Below are positions 7,542 to 16,606 of a DNA stretch of 32,000 nucleotides, piece after piece. Source of the DNA: Candidatus Kuenenia stuttgartensis (GTDB lineage Bacteria > Planctomycetota > Brocadiia > Brocadiales > Brocadiaceae); NCBI RefSeq assembly GCF_900232105.1, contig NZ_LT934425.1:1890001-1922000 (forward strand), read 5' to 3'. A program made the position numbers and the translations under genes. A model generated the notes under the pieces. The model saw only the letters and a list, made by a program, of their open reading frames with translations, was not told the origin of the DNA and made no database searches. The first letter of the stretch is position 1. Each line of letters opens with the position of its first letter.

Positions 7542-10292
7542 TTAGGCAGCTTTTTCACCATAAAGGCGGCGCGTGCATTTTTTTCTGTATTCATGTATGA
7601 GTGAAAGGGTGAAAGGCAGGACGAATATGGACGTCACAAGGCTGCATGAGAGGCTGATTGCGAGGATCAATCCAAGGCTTGAGACCCCCCGGTGTGAGGC
7701 TAACGCCAAAGACCCAAATCCTATTATGGTTGTGAGTGAAGATATGATGATAGCCTTTCCCGTGCTGGTTTGATGTATCCAAAGGCCTTCCTTTTCATTT
7801 AACCGCATCATGGTGTGGATGCTGTTATCAATGCTGATGCCCAGTATTAGTGGAAATGCGATTACATTTGCCGGGTTTGGCTGAATACGGAACAATTTCA
7901 TAAATCCGATTGTCCATAAAATCGTCAGAAGCAGGGGATAAAGGGTGGTCAGGGTAAGTATTATATTTCTATAGGTTAAGAGGAGGATCGAAAAAATAAT
8001 AGCCAGTGTGTAGCCTCCGGCGATCAAAAACCCCCGCTTGATTAATCTGTTTGTATCATAAATCTGAAATGGCGCACCAGTAGCTTCAGGCTGTATACTC
8101 CGTATTTCAGATACAAACTCGCCCAGTTTTCCTTCCGTCCAGATGTCTTCTTTGGGAAAGATATATACCATGTTTTTCCCCGTTTTCCCGACAAATCGTT
8201 CTTTCAGGCCGTAGGGCAAATCGTCTATGGTCATGGGTTCGGGAACCATTCCATGCTTCAGGTATTCAAGATGTTTGCGAATAGTCCGTTGTCCTTTGGA
8301 TAATCTTTCCACAATTTCTGCTTCCGGCAAAGTTTCTGCATTCCGCAAAAAGGTATCTATTTTGTTGTTAAGGATGAGGAGGCGGTCGGCAAGGGGACCG
8401 CTACCCTCTTTCAGCAGCCCCATATTTTTGCCGAAAGTGAGCCGGAATCGCAGCCGTTCAAGAATGGTTTTCAATTCCTGATATCGTATCGCATCGCCGG
8501 CATTCCCGGGAATGGGTATAGTTTGTGCGAGGGCTTTCAACTCTTTTATAATGCCCACCTTTTTTTCCTGCTCGTCGGGAAGCACCGAAGCAATGCTTTC
8601 TACCTTTCCCACGCTTTTGAGCCGCAGGAGCTGTTCGGACACCCTCTCCGCTTCTTCAGGAGTATCTGCGACAATCGCCCCAAACCATGTGGCAGTGCCG
8701 GTTGATTGAATAATTTTTATTGCGTATCGGGTCGATTCCAGGTTGGGTGGCAGGAGGTTCAGCAGATTGTCGTCAAATTTTATGTGCCTTACAAAGAAGC
8801 ATGAACCAATTGCAAACAATATGGAAACAATCGTCAGGGGGACTTTGCATGAAACTACTATACTGAACATCCAGTTTTTTACCGGTGTACATAATGAAGC
8901 CGCCGGAAACATTTTTTTCTCTGCAGTAATGAATTTGTCACATAAGATGATAAGCGAGGAAAGCAAAAACAGCGTGGAGATCAATGCGAGCAAAATGCCC
9001 GTTCCCGCGATTAGCCCTAGCTCGCTTAATCCTTTAAAATCGATTAACAGAGTGGAGTAAAACGATATTGCCGTGGTAACAGCGCCCAGGATGATGCCTT
9101 TTCCGGTATTTTCCATTGATTTACATAATGCGTCCCTTTTCTCATGACCGAGCTTCCTGCATTCTGTGTAACGTAACATGAGGTGGATGCTGAAATCTAT
9201 TCCCAGACCGATTAAAACAACGGCAAATACAATGGAAAAGAGATTTAAGTACCCTATTGCCAATGTTGTAAAGCCAAACGTCCAGCTTATCGAACACAAA
9301 AGGGTGAGCATGCCGAGTAACGGCATTACGATTGAATTGAACGAGATGATAAAGAGTATAGCAACTCCCACAAGTGCGGCAATGGAAATGTATAACATTT
9401 CTTTCTGAGAAATTTCCATTTCGTCGGCTTCCATAGCAACGGTTCCTGTAAGGCCGATATCGACTCCGGGACACATTTCTTTTGCTGCTGCAACTTGTTT
9501 TCTGATAAAACTGGTGGAATCCGTACCCGTCAACAATCCGTCAATATCATTAACCGTTATCTCCATCAAGAGAATGCGTCCGTTGTCAAAGAGATTATAA
9601 TATGCGGTATCCGGCGAATCGCCGAAAGCCATAGCAGCGGGGGAAAAAGGTATTCCGCCGTGAGCTTGCATCGCTGTTTGCAATGGAGATTCCGGCATGA
9701 CATTGTTTTCACGGAGGTTGTTATTCATGTCCTGAAGAAGGGCGATAAGCCTGTCGATGTCTTCCGTGATGTTGCTGTCGTCTGTTGTTTGTGCATGGGT
9801 TTTCTGCGTCAGTGAATGCTCAAATTGGGCGAAAATATCTTCGTATTGGTATGCTTGGGGTAGTTGCGCCCTGTTTTCCATGGTATGTAACAAATCTGTT
9901 TTTATTTTGAGAAGTTCTTCAACATCAAGATAAAAGAGCCCCTTTTTCTCAAAATCTGTTTTGTTCACTTTATAGAAAATGTTTTTAATAAGGCGTGGAC
10001 TGTTCTTTAGCCTTTTTGCAATTTGTTCCGCAGCGTTAATAAGAGCATCCGTATTATCTGATTCCATTACGATGATATGGTTATCAACCTGGCCAAATTC
10101 GTCCATTAGTTTCAGGAATCTTTTATTATATTCCTTTTCTTTCGAGATAAGGGAGTTTCGGTCAGGGTTAAATGTTAAATACTTCACCGTATAGAGCGAA
10201 GAAATGAGCGTAAGCAGGAGGGCAACGAATAATACTATTTTAGGACGGGAGCACGCAATGGCAGCGATTTTTCTGGCAATGATTTCAAACAC
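7542..10292 (-). CDS. hpnN: RND/MMPL-family hopanoid transporter HpnN-like
   Basis: 916 aa. Two 6-TM bundles each follow a large soluble loop. The RND TM4/TM10-type motifs are duplicated (LIGLGIDFSIH and ILGISIDNSIH). It lies adjacent to hpnK/I/J. Confidence 0.75.
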   Translation of the reverse strand: MFEIIARKIAAIACSRPKIVLFVALLLTLISSLYTVKYLTFNPDRNSLISKEKEYNKRFLKLMDEFGQVDNHIIVMESDNTDALINAAEQIAKRLKNSPRLIKNIFYKVNKTDFEKKGLFYLDVEELLKIKTDLLHTMENRAQLPQAYQYEDIFAQFEHSLTQKTHAQTTDDSNITEDIDRLIALLQDMNNNLRENNVMPESPLQTAMQAHGGIPFSPAAMAFGDSPDTAYYNLFDNGRILLMEITVNDIDGLLTGTDSTSFIRKQVAAAKEMCPGVDIGLTGTVAMEADEMEISQKEMLYISIAALVGVAILFIISFNSIVMPLLGMLTLLCSISWTFGFTTLAIGYLNLFSIVFAVVLIGLGIDFSIHLMLRYTECRKLGHEKRDALCKSMENTGKGIILGAVTTAISFYSTLLIDFKGLSELGLIAGTGILLALISTLFLLSSLIILCDKFITAEKKMFPAASLCTPVKNWMFSIVVSCKVPLTIVSILFAIGSCFFVRHIKFDDNLLNLLPPNLESTRYAIKIIQSTGTATWFGAIVADTPEEAERVSEQLLRLKSVGKVESIASVLPDEQEKKVGIIKELKALAQTIPIPGNAGDAIRYQELKTILERLRFRLTFGKNMGLLKEGSGPLADRLLILNNKIDTFLRNAETLPEAEIVERLSKGQRTIRKHLEYLKHGMVPEPMTIDDLPYGLKERFVGKTGKNMVYIFPKEDIWTEGKLGEFVSEIRSIQPEATGAPFQIYDTNRLIKRGFLIAGGYTLAIIFSILLLTYRNIILTLTTLYPLLLTILWTIGFMKLFRIQPNPANVIAFPLILGISIDNSIHTMMRLNEKEGLWIHQTSTGKAIIISSLTTIIGFGSLALASHRGVSSLGLILAISLSCSLVTSIFVLPFTLSLIHEYRKKCTRRLYGEKAA

Positions 10293-10718
10293 CTTGCAAT
10301 CTCCGTATCTTAACCATCAATGACGAAACAGCGCTTCCGATGTAGAACAACACTGCAGTGGACAAGTCAGTGCTTTGAAAAGAAGGTGCAGCAAAATAAA
10401 TTGAACTATTTTTATAGAAGGTGTTTAACATTTTTTTCTCTTTTTCAGTTAGTGCGGGAAATATTCAGTACAACATTTGTTTTATAAGGGCTATATTATT
10501 ACACAATGCCTTATCTATGAAATACCCATACAAATACGTATTGTATATTTCTACCCTATAATAATGAATAACTTCAACTTAAAAATGAGTAACAATGCCG
10601 TCTGCCCGAAATACATGCAGAATAACAACCGGTAATTTCTTTGCATTTTTTGGAAAAATATTTAATGGTGAATTCCGGATTTTTGTAACAATTTAGTTTT
10701 TTGAAAAATGTATTACCT

Positions 10719-10856
10719 ATAAGCTCCGCAGGAGCGACCTGTCTCTTGTAAATCCATATTAAACAGGTCTGCCGGAATACGTACAGGCCGCTCCTACGGA
10801 GCTATTTACTCTATTGAATTTTATTGTGCTACAAACAGACCGCCCCTAACGGGGCG
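10719..10856. repeat. Dispersed intergenic repeat: long imperfect hairpin plus a GC mini-hairpin
   Basis: The arm ataagctccgcaggagcgacctgt (10719-10742) pairs with acaggccgctcctacggagctat (10783-10805). cgcccc-taac-ggggcg lies at 10841-10856. The left arm recurs at 24622-24648. Confidence 0.7.
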
Positions 10857-11035
10857 ACATGGTATTTTTTCTATACCGTGAATTTTTTAAAAAGTTAAAA
10901 TGTTACGAATTTTTTATTTTTTGTCTGTTTGGTTCCGGCTTGTCCATTTTAGGGGGGCTGCCATAAAACACATATATATGAACTATTACAAAAATAATTG
11001 TAAGAGCAGGGTATTTATAGTATCTTTGTTCCGAT

Positions 11036-11857
11036 ATGAAAAAGTGCGTTATTAATGCCGATGATTTTGGAAAATCTGATGCCGTGAATGTATGCGTGGA
11101 AACAGCGTTCAGGGAAGGTGTTTTATCCAGTGCCAGCATAATGGCGGGGGGGCTGGCGTTTCCCGGAGCCTGCAGCATTATTAAGGGGAACCCCGGACTT
11201 GGCGTGGGCATTCATCTTACACTGCTCCAGGGGCATTCGGTGTTAAAGCATAAGGATATTCCCGGACTTGCGGATGTTAAGGGAAATTTTTGCGAAAACC
11301 CTTTCTTTGCAGGGATGAATCTTTTCTTTAAAAGGGGAATTGCGGATCAGATACGACGCGAAATCAGGGCTCAAACAGAAAAGGCTTTAGAGTCGGGAAT
11401 ATCTCTGGGGCATTTGGACGGTCACTTAAACATACATCTTCATCCATCGGTAATATGGCATGCAGTGGAATTATGCAAGGTATATAACATCCCCTATATC
11501 AGGATACCCCGTGAGCCTCTATTTATGAATTTGTTCGTATCGGGGAAGAAGTTGTTGTATAAAATAAGCCATAAAATTATTTTTGAAATACTCGCCCGCA
11601 GGGCAGCGCCGTTACTAAAGGAATACGGCATCGGACATATTCCCCTGGTAATAGGCCTTCTGGAATCGGGGAATATTACGGCTGATTACCTGAAGAAGAC
11701 CCTTCCGGGAATTGATAAGACGCCTTTTGAAATATATTGTCATCCGGAGCCAAATAATGCTGACTTCAGCGCACTTATGGATAAGGATGTAAAAAAATGT
11801 ATTGTGGAAAATGGTATCAGGATTATTACTTATAGAGAAATAAAGGTGCAACAATGA
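11036..11857 (+). CDS. hpnK: YdjC/ChbG-family deacetylase, hopanoid biosynthesis protein HpnK-like
   Basis: 273 aa. The N-terminus CVINADDFGKSDAVNVCVETAFREGVLSSASIMAGG...GVGIHLTL fits the YdjC pattern (DDFG...N.gi......G.l.s.s.m). Clustered with hpnI/hpnJ. Confidence 0.8.
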   Translation: MKKCVINADDFGKSDAVNVCVETAFREGVLSSASIMAGGLAFPGACSIIKGNPGLGVGIHLTLLQGHSVLKHKDIPGLADVKGNFCENPFFAGMNLFFKRGIADQIRREIRAQTEKALESGISLGHLDGHLNIHLHPSVIWHAVELCKVYNIPYIRIPREPLFMNLFVSGKKLLYKISHKIIFEILARRAAPLLKEYGIGHIPLVIGLLESGNITADYLKKTLPGIDKTPFEIYCHPEPNNADFSALMDKDVKKCIVENGIRIITYREIKVQQ

Positions 11858-12225
11858 TAAAAACGTTCGGGTTCCTGTTTTTCATGCTCATAGCGCAAGC
11901 CTTCGGGCACACCTTCTTGAGCAAAGGGATGGTTGGGATAGGAGAACTTACCGCATACAGTGTAAGGGAAATACTTTTTTACGCCCTGGTTGTCATGAGA
12001 AATCCATGGATCGTTTTCGGGATATTTTTTCATGCGATCGGATTTTTTTCATGGATGTATATTCTTTCTTTCTCGAAATTAAGCCTGGTGCTTCCACTGA
12101 CGTCTCTCTGTTATATAATGACCGCCTTTTTAGCTACATTCATGCTCGGAGAAGAGGTTAGCCCTCTCAGGTGGGCAGGGACCGCAGTGATAGTATTTGG
12201 CGTTTACCTTGTTACTCAGGGTTGA
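11854..12225 (+). CDS. Small 4-TM DMT/EamA-like membrane protein (ArnE/ArnF-size), translationally coupled to hpnK
   Basis: 123 aa. The ATGA overlap at 11854-11857 joins the hpnK stop to this start. An EamA half-domain-like ending is present (LPLTSLCYIMTAFLATFMLGEEVSPLRWAGTAVIVFGVYLV). Confidence 0.7.
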   Translation: MIKTFGFLFFMLIAQAFGHTFLSKGMVGIGELTAYSVREILFYALVVMRNPWIVFGIFFHAIGFFSWMYILSFSKLSLVLPLTSLCYIMTAFLATFMLGEEVSPLRWAGTAVIVFGVYLVTQG

Positions 12226-13345
12226 TTTGAGCAATCGTTCCGTCTTTGCCAAGGACAAATTTTTTATTTTTCCAGGTAATTTTGTTGCCGCAAAAACTCA
12301 ATAACCATGTATAAAATCCCAAAAATTCCTGTATAGGAACGAGCAAATACACCCATGAAAATGGAATCTTGCTCAGCAGGGTTCCTGTTAGGGTAATGCT
12401 AAGAAAACGCAGAATGATTGCCGTGCCAAAAAGAGAGATAGCGGGGAGAGAAAAAGAGGTAAAAAAACACAATAGCAGCGACCAGACAGAACCAAAAGAT
12501 ATGCCAAATAAAAAATATCCGACAGGTTCTGAGACCCTGTACGTCTTGCATAATCGTAATTGACGTACAAAATAATTCTTAAAATTCGATTTCCCGACAA
12601 CGGTATTTACCAGAATTGTTGAGAGCGTAACGGGATTTCCGTTTTTACTGATTTTGTTTCCGAGATGGTAATCATCCGCCAGCATATTGCCTAACGCTTC
12701 GTACCCGCCAATCGATTCCAGCGACTGTTTTGTAAGAAACATTGAAGCCCCAAAACCGTAATTTATCCCATGAAAAATTTTTGCCATACACACGCCCTGG
12801 AATATATCAGAGAGTATGGTGATAACCTCGAGGTGCCCCCCGATCCCTTCGTTGTGTATTCCCCGATACAAATTGGTGACCATGCCGGCGTTCTTTATGT
12901 GGGTCAACGATTGCAGGAAGTCCTGTGGTACTAATACATCGGCGTCGGAAATATTAATGATATCATACCGTGCATGTTCCGTAAGGGTAATGAGTTTCCC
13001 CACCTTTTCGTTTGAATATTTCTTATGGTTGCTGCACAGGATTATTTTGCAGATGCCGGGAAATTCATTTTCCAGCTTTGTTAAAATGCCATAGGCGGGA
13101 TCGTCTTTTGAACTGACACCAAACAGAATTTCTATGGGAATGGCTCTTAAATCAAGGAAGGATTTGATATTGTTGTATAAATTGTATACCTCGCCGGTAA
13201 TGGGTTTTAAAAAACTGATCCCCTCGAAATGAGGCATCTCTGTTTCCTCTCCCTTCTCTCTGAATACCGTCAAAGTACATAAAAACGCAGCAATATAATA
13301 GGTAAACGATAAGAATGTGAGTATGGAGAAGCAATATACGGCCAT
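12212..13345 (-). CDS. hpnI: GT2 (ceramide-glucosyltransferase-like) glycosyltransferase HpnI-like
   Basis: 377 aa with an N-terminal TM, then ISFLKPITGE, a DAD motif (NISDADVLVP) and C-terminal TM helices. Its 3' end overlaps the convergent DMT gene by 14 nt (12212-12225). Confidence 0.75.
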   Translation of the reverse strand: MAVYCFSILTFLSFTYYIAAFLCTLTVFREKGEETEMPHFEGISFLKPITGEVYNLYNNIKSFLDLRAIPIEILFGVSSKDDPAYGILTKLENEFPGICKIILCSNHKKYSNEKVGKLITLTEHARYDIINISDADVLVPQDFLQSLTHIKNAGMVTNLYRGIHNEGIGGHLEVITILSDIFQGVCMAKIFHGINYGFGASMFLTKQSLESIGGYEALGNMLADDYHLGNKISKNGNPVTLSTILVNTVVGKSNFKNYFVRQLRLCKTYRVSEPVGYFLFGISFGSVWSLLLCFFTSFSLPAISLFGTAIILRFLSITLTGTLLSKIPFSWVYLLVPIQEFLGFYTWLLSFCGNKITWKNKKFVLGKDGTIAQINPE

Positions 13346-13600
13346 GGTTGATTAACGATGCATCATTATAAGCAACAAAAGGATAAAATTACACACGACG
13401 GAGATCGTTTGCAATACGGAAGGTAAAATAATTACATTTTACAAGCACTTCCTGAACAACAATGTTTGGCAAAAACCTCTCCGGTTTCTAACTATTTGTT
13501 ATTATAGACCTTGCACGTGGTTGTATGTTTATTTTTGCAAAGTGTTGATAATACAAAAAAAAGATTGCAAATCAAATAAAAAAATGCGTTAATTTTAAAC

Positions 13601-15034
13601 ATGATGAAAAAGACACTTTTATTAAATCCACCCTGTTTCGACCAATTTGACGGCGGCGCCGGCTCCCGCTATCAGGCTCGCAGGGAAGTGCGTTCCTTCT
13701 GGTATCCCACGTGGTTGTGTTATACCGCGGGACTCATCCCTGGAAGCAAAGTAGTTGACGCACCGGCGCAAGGGCTGCAGATTGATGAGGTCGTTTCCCT
13801 TGCAGGGGACTATGAGCTGGTTGTGATGTACACAAATACCCCCACATTATCCATTGACAGAGAAACTGCCAAAAAGATAAAGGCTGCCAATCCGGAATCG
13901 GTCATTTGTTTTGTTGGTCCGCACGTTACTATACAGCCGGAAGATGCGTTGCGTGAGGACAGGATTGTGGACATTGTTGCAAGGGGGGAGTTCGACATTA
14001 CCGTTAAGGAACTTGCGGAAGGCAAAGCGTTGCAAGAGGTGAAAGGGATAAGTTACCTGAATGGTTCGGGCGTTGTTCATAATGCTGACCGTGGATTTAC
14101 TACCGATCTGGACTCCCTTCCCTTTGTTACGAAAATCTATGAGCGTGATTTGAACTATAAAGATTACGAAATCCCTTATTTGCGCTATCCGTACCTGTCG
14201 ATTTATTCCGGACGGGGTTGTCCCTCACAATGTATTTACTGTCTTTGGCCACAAACGATGATGGGACATCAGTATCGCGTAAGGAGCGTTGATAATGTTA
14301 TCAGGGAGCTGATGTATTGCAAGGAACGGTTTCCCGAAGTGAAAGAGATTTTTTTTGACGACGACACATTTACCGCAAACAGAAAAAGGGTGCAGGAGTT
14401 TAGCCGGAAGGTAAAGGACCTTGGAATTACATGGTCTGCCACATCAAGGGCAAACCTCGACCGCGAAACGTTACAACAGATGAAGGAAGGCGGCCTCAGA
14501 TTGCTCGTAGTAGGCTATGAATCCGGCAATGATGAAATTCTGAAAAACGTTAAAAAAGGGATTACGATTGATCAGGCCAAACGGTTTACCGGCGAATGTA
14601 AAAGTCTCGGCATACAAATTCATGGCACTTTTATGCTGGGATTGCCGGGGGAGAACAGGTCTTCAATGGAAGACACCATCCGATTTGCCATAGAGATGGA
14701 CCCTGACACGATGCAGGTATCTATAGCATCGCCTTATCCGGGCACTGAATTTTATGATTATTGCGAAAAGAACGGATACTTAAAGACCGGCACTATGTTA
14801 AGTTCTTCCGGACATCAGCTATGCAACATAGAGTATCCGGACCTCCCTGCAGAAGAAATCATCCTCTGGACGGAAAAATTCTATAAAAAATTCTACTTCA
14901 GACCACGCATTATTCTGAGAATAGTAAAAAAAATGCTTCAGGACCCCGTGGAACGGAAAAGAAGATTAAGGGAAGGGCGGCAGTTCTTCAAAACAATGCG
15001 CTCGCGCAGAAAATATACGAAAAAAAGCTGCTGA
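13601..15034 (+). CDS. hpnJ: B12-binding-domain radical SAM protein HpnJ-like
   Basis: 477 aa. The N-terminus LLNPPCFDQFDGGAGSRYQARREVRSFWYPTWL matches my memory of HpnJ. The radical SAM cluster motif is GRGCPSQCIYC (CxxxCxxC). Confidence 0.8.
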   Translation: MMKKTLLLNPPCFDQFDGGAGSRYQARREVRSFWYPTWLCYTAGLIPGSKVVDAPAQGLQIDEVVSLAGDYELVVMYTNTPTLSIDRETAKKIKAANPESVICFVGPHVTIQPEDALREDRIVDIVARGEFDITVKELAEGKALQEVKGISYLNGSGVVHNADRGFTTDLDSLPFVTKIYERDLNYKDYEIPYLRYPYLSIYSGRGCPSQCIYCLWPQTMMGHQYRVRSVDNVIRELMYCKERFPEVKEIFFDDDTFTANRKRVQEFSRKVKDLGITWSATSRANLDRETLQQMKEGGLRLLVVGYESGNDEILKNVKKGITIDQAKRFTGECKSLGIQIHGTFMLGLPGENRSSMEDTIRFAIEMDPDTMQVSIASPYPGTEFYDYCEKNGYLKTGTMLSSSGHQLCNIEYPDLPAEEIILWTEKFYKKFYFRPRIILRIVKKMLQDPVERKRRLREGRQFFKTMRSRRKYTKKSC

Positions 15035-15135
15035 GCCAGCGGTTTTGTATATCTCTCCATCCGTTTTTGAAATCACAGGCTATTTGCAATAATATTACGG
15101 TAAATTAACCTATTGGCGCAATGTAGGAGCGTACC

Positions 15136-15252
15136 ATGAAAACAAAGATGACCATGGTTTATTGGAAGGGTGAAAAATATTGGCCTGGAAAACTTCTTGA
15201 GCGCCCGGAAATTATGACACAGGGCGAAAGGCGTTTGTCCGTCAGCTTATGA
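15136..15252 (+). pseudogene. HicB/UPF0150-like antitoxin N-terminal stub (38 codons)
   Basis: MKTKMTMVYWKGEKYWPGKLLERPEIMTQGE then unrelated RRLSVSL*. As I remember it, the family pattern (...YW...kyWlGkLle.PeimTQGEtleEL...) continues about 30 aa further. It overlaps the tail of the HNH ORF on the other strand. Confidence 0.4.
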
Positions 15253-16007
15253 ATAGCATGACATCTAGTTACTGTATCATCATAACTCGCACTAAATGGA
15301 ACGATGTGGCAAGCATCCACCATTGATACAGAAATGGTAGCATCTATTCTCATTCCAGAAATACAACAAGTGTTGTTGTAGATTTTTGGTATTTCTCTTT
15401 TAAACAAACAACATCTTAAAAAAATCCCTTCCTCATTCTTTTGCTCCATTAAGTTCTTTATTTCTTGCCTGTATTCTTCCGATGGTTCGTTTAAAATTTT
15501 ATTCTCAATATCATTAAATAGTTTTTGATGCCCACCTGACGAATTACCAAAATTGCATTAAGTTTCAGGGAAGTATTTATCCAATAAAAACTGCTGTAAT
15601 ATTCCATTACTTTTTTTATCATTCATTAAAGCAAGTAAATCTTCATCTGTAACAGCAAAATCAACTGCTGCATTTAGGTTTGCAAAACTTCGCAGGGATG
15701 CAGAGAGTTGAAGAATATTTTCAAAGCCCGGTTTTGGAATTAGTTTCCAAAACTTATCGCTTGTTAAATGATAAAATGGTAATGCAAATCGGCAATCGTG
15801 ATTTGAAATAACCAATAAACTCCAATTGGATTTGAATAAAGCAACTAATTCGGGACTGATGTAAATTCTTTGGGAGTTGTTTATTCCGATCTGAAATGTT
15901 TGTAATATAGAAAGTAGAAGAATGGGTTTATGCGGAGCAATGCCGTGTGCTCTATCTATTCTTAGTTTTTCAAATGCTCTGAGATATTTCTGTAATGTTT
16001 CTTGCAC
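15159..16007 (-). pseudogene. HNH endonuclease (HNH_2-type with N-terminal recognition-like domain) interrupted by an in-frame TAA
   Basis: ORFs 15558-16007 and 15159-15449 are in the same frame (16007 and 15449 both = 2 mod 3). One TAA (15558-15560) separates them, and sense codons continue after it (CNFGNSSGGHQKLFNDIENKILNEPSEEYRQEIKNL-MEQKN...). The HNH core is CCISGMRIDATISVSMVDACHIVPF. The C-terminus looks degenerate. Confidence 0.7.
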
Positions 16008-16012
16008 ACTTG

Positions 16013-16516
16013 TTATGTTGTTATTTGCGTTAGGGATTGTAGCGGAAATCCTTTTTGCAGCGCTAACAGGTCTTGGATTAACTCCACATCCTTTGGCTCC
16101 TGCTTGCAGGACTTTTTAAGCAGGCCTGCCTCTTGTTTGAATTTTTCTTCTTGTTTGCTCACTTCAATTTGAGTTTTGAATATGTGATTATAAATTTGGG
16201 ATACTTTGGTTTTGAAAAAACTATCTCTGAACCAATAGTATTGAATCAGCACCATTTCCTGATGTGTGATTAATTCAATGCATTCGGTAGCCTGTATTGT
16301 TCGCTGTGCTTTTAAAATTCGTTTTAAAATTTCAACTCGTGTTTCAAATTTGTAAGGACCCCAAAAGTTTTCTTTTATTTCACAGTTCCGCCTGCGTTTA
16401 TCTCTCCAGATTTCGGGGTTGTCTCTTGTTTCAATTAAAAAGTTTCTGATGTCTGCCATGGATTGTAACCCTGAACCCGCAGGGAGTCGTGTAATGTTTA
16501 TGCTGAATAGCTCCAA
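16013..16516 (-). CDS. Hypothetical protein (167 aa; likely start at MADIRNF, 16459); possibly a fragment of a larger gene
   Basis: Its stop lies 5 nt from the HNH start. I recognise no motifs with certainty. WGPYKFETRVEILKRILKAQ...LITHQEMVLIQYYW vaguely recalls the C-terminal region of DndC/PAPS-reductase-associated proteins. That is recollection only. Confidence 0.4.
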   Translation of the reverse strand: MELFSINITRLPAGSGLQSMADIRNFLIETRDNPEIWRDKRRRNCEIKENFWGPYKFETRVEILKRILKAQRTIQATECIELITHQEMVLIQYYWFRDSFFKTKVSQIYNHIFKTQIEVSKQEEKFKQEAGLLKKSCKQEPKDVELIQDLLALQKGFPLQSLTQITT

Positions 16517-16606
16517 GGGTTTTCCATTGGGATTTTGCTTTCTTGAATTTGTTTCGTATTTCGTGCTTCGTATTTTTTATCTCATGCTATGCTGGCTTGC
16601 AAAAAA

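Noticed and set aside
10903-11211. 102-aa minus-strand ORF overlapping the hpnK start
   Set aside because: It overlaps a well-supported gene. No motifs, and it runs into an AT-rich spacer.
13521-13552. Possible hpnJ promoter (ttgtat ... gataat)
   Set aside because: The spacer is 20 nt and no better -35 lies at 16-18 nt, so it is not convincing enough to annotate.
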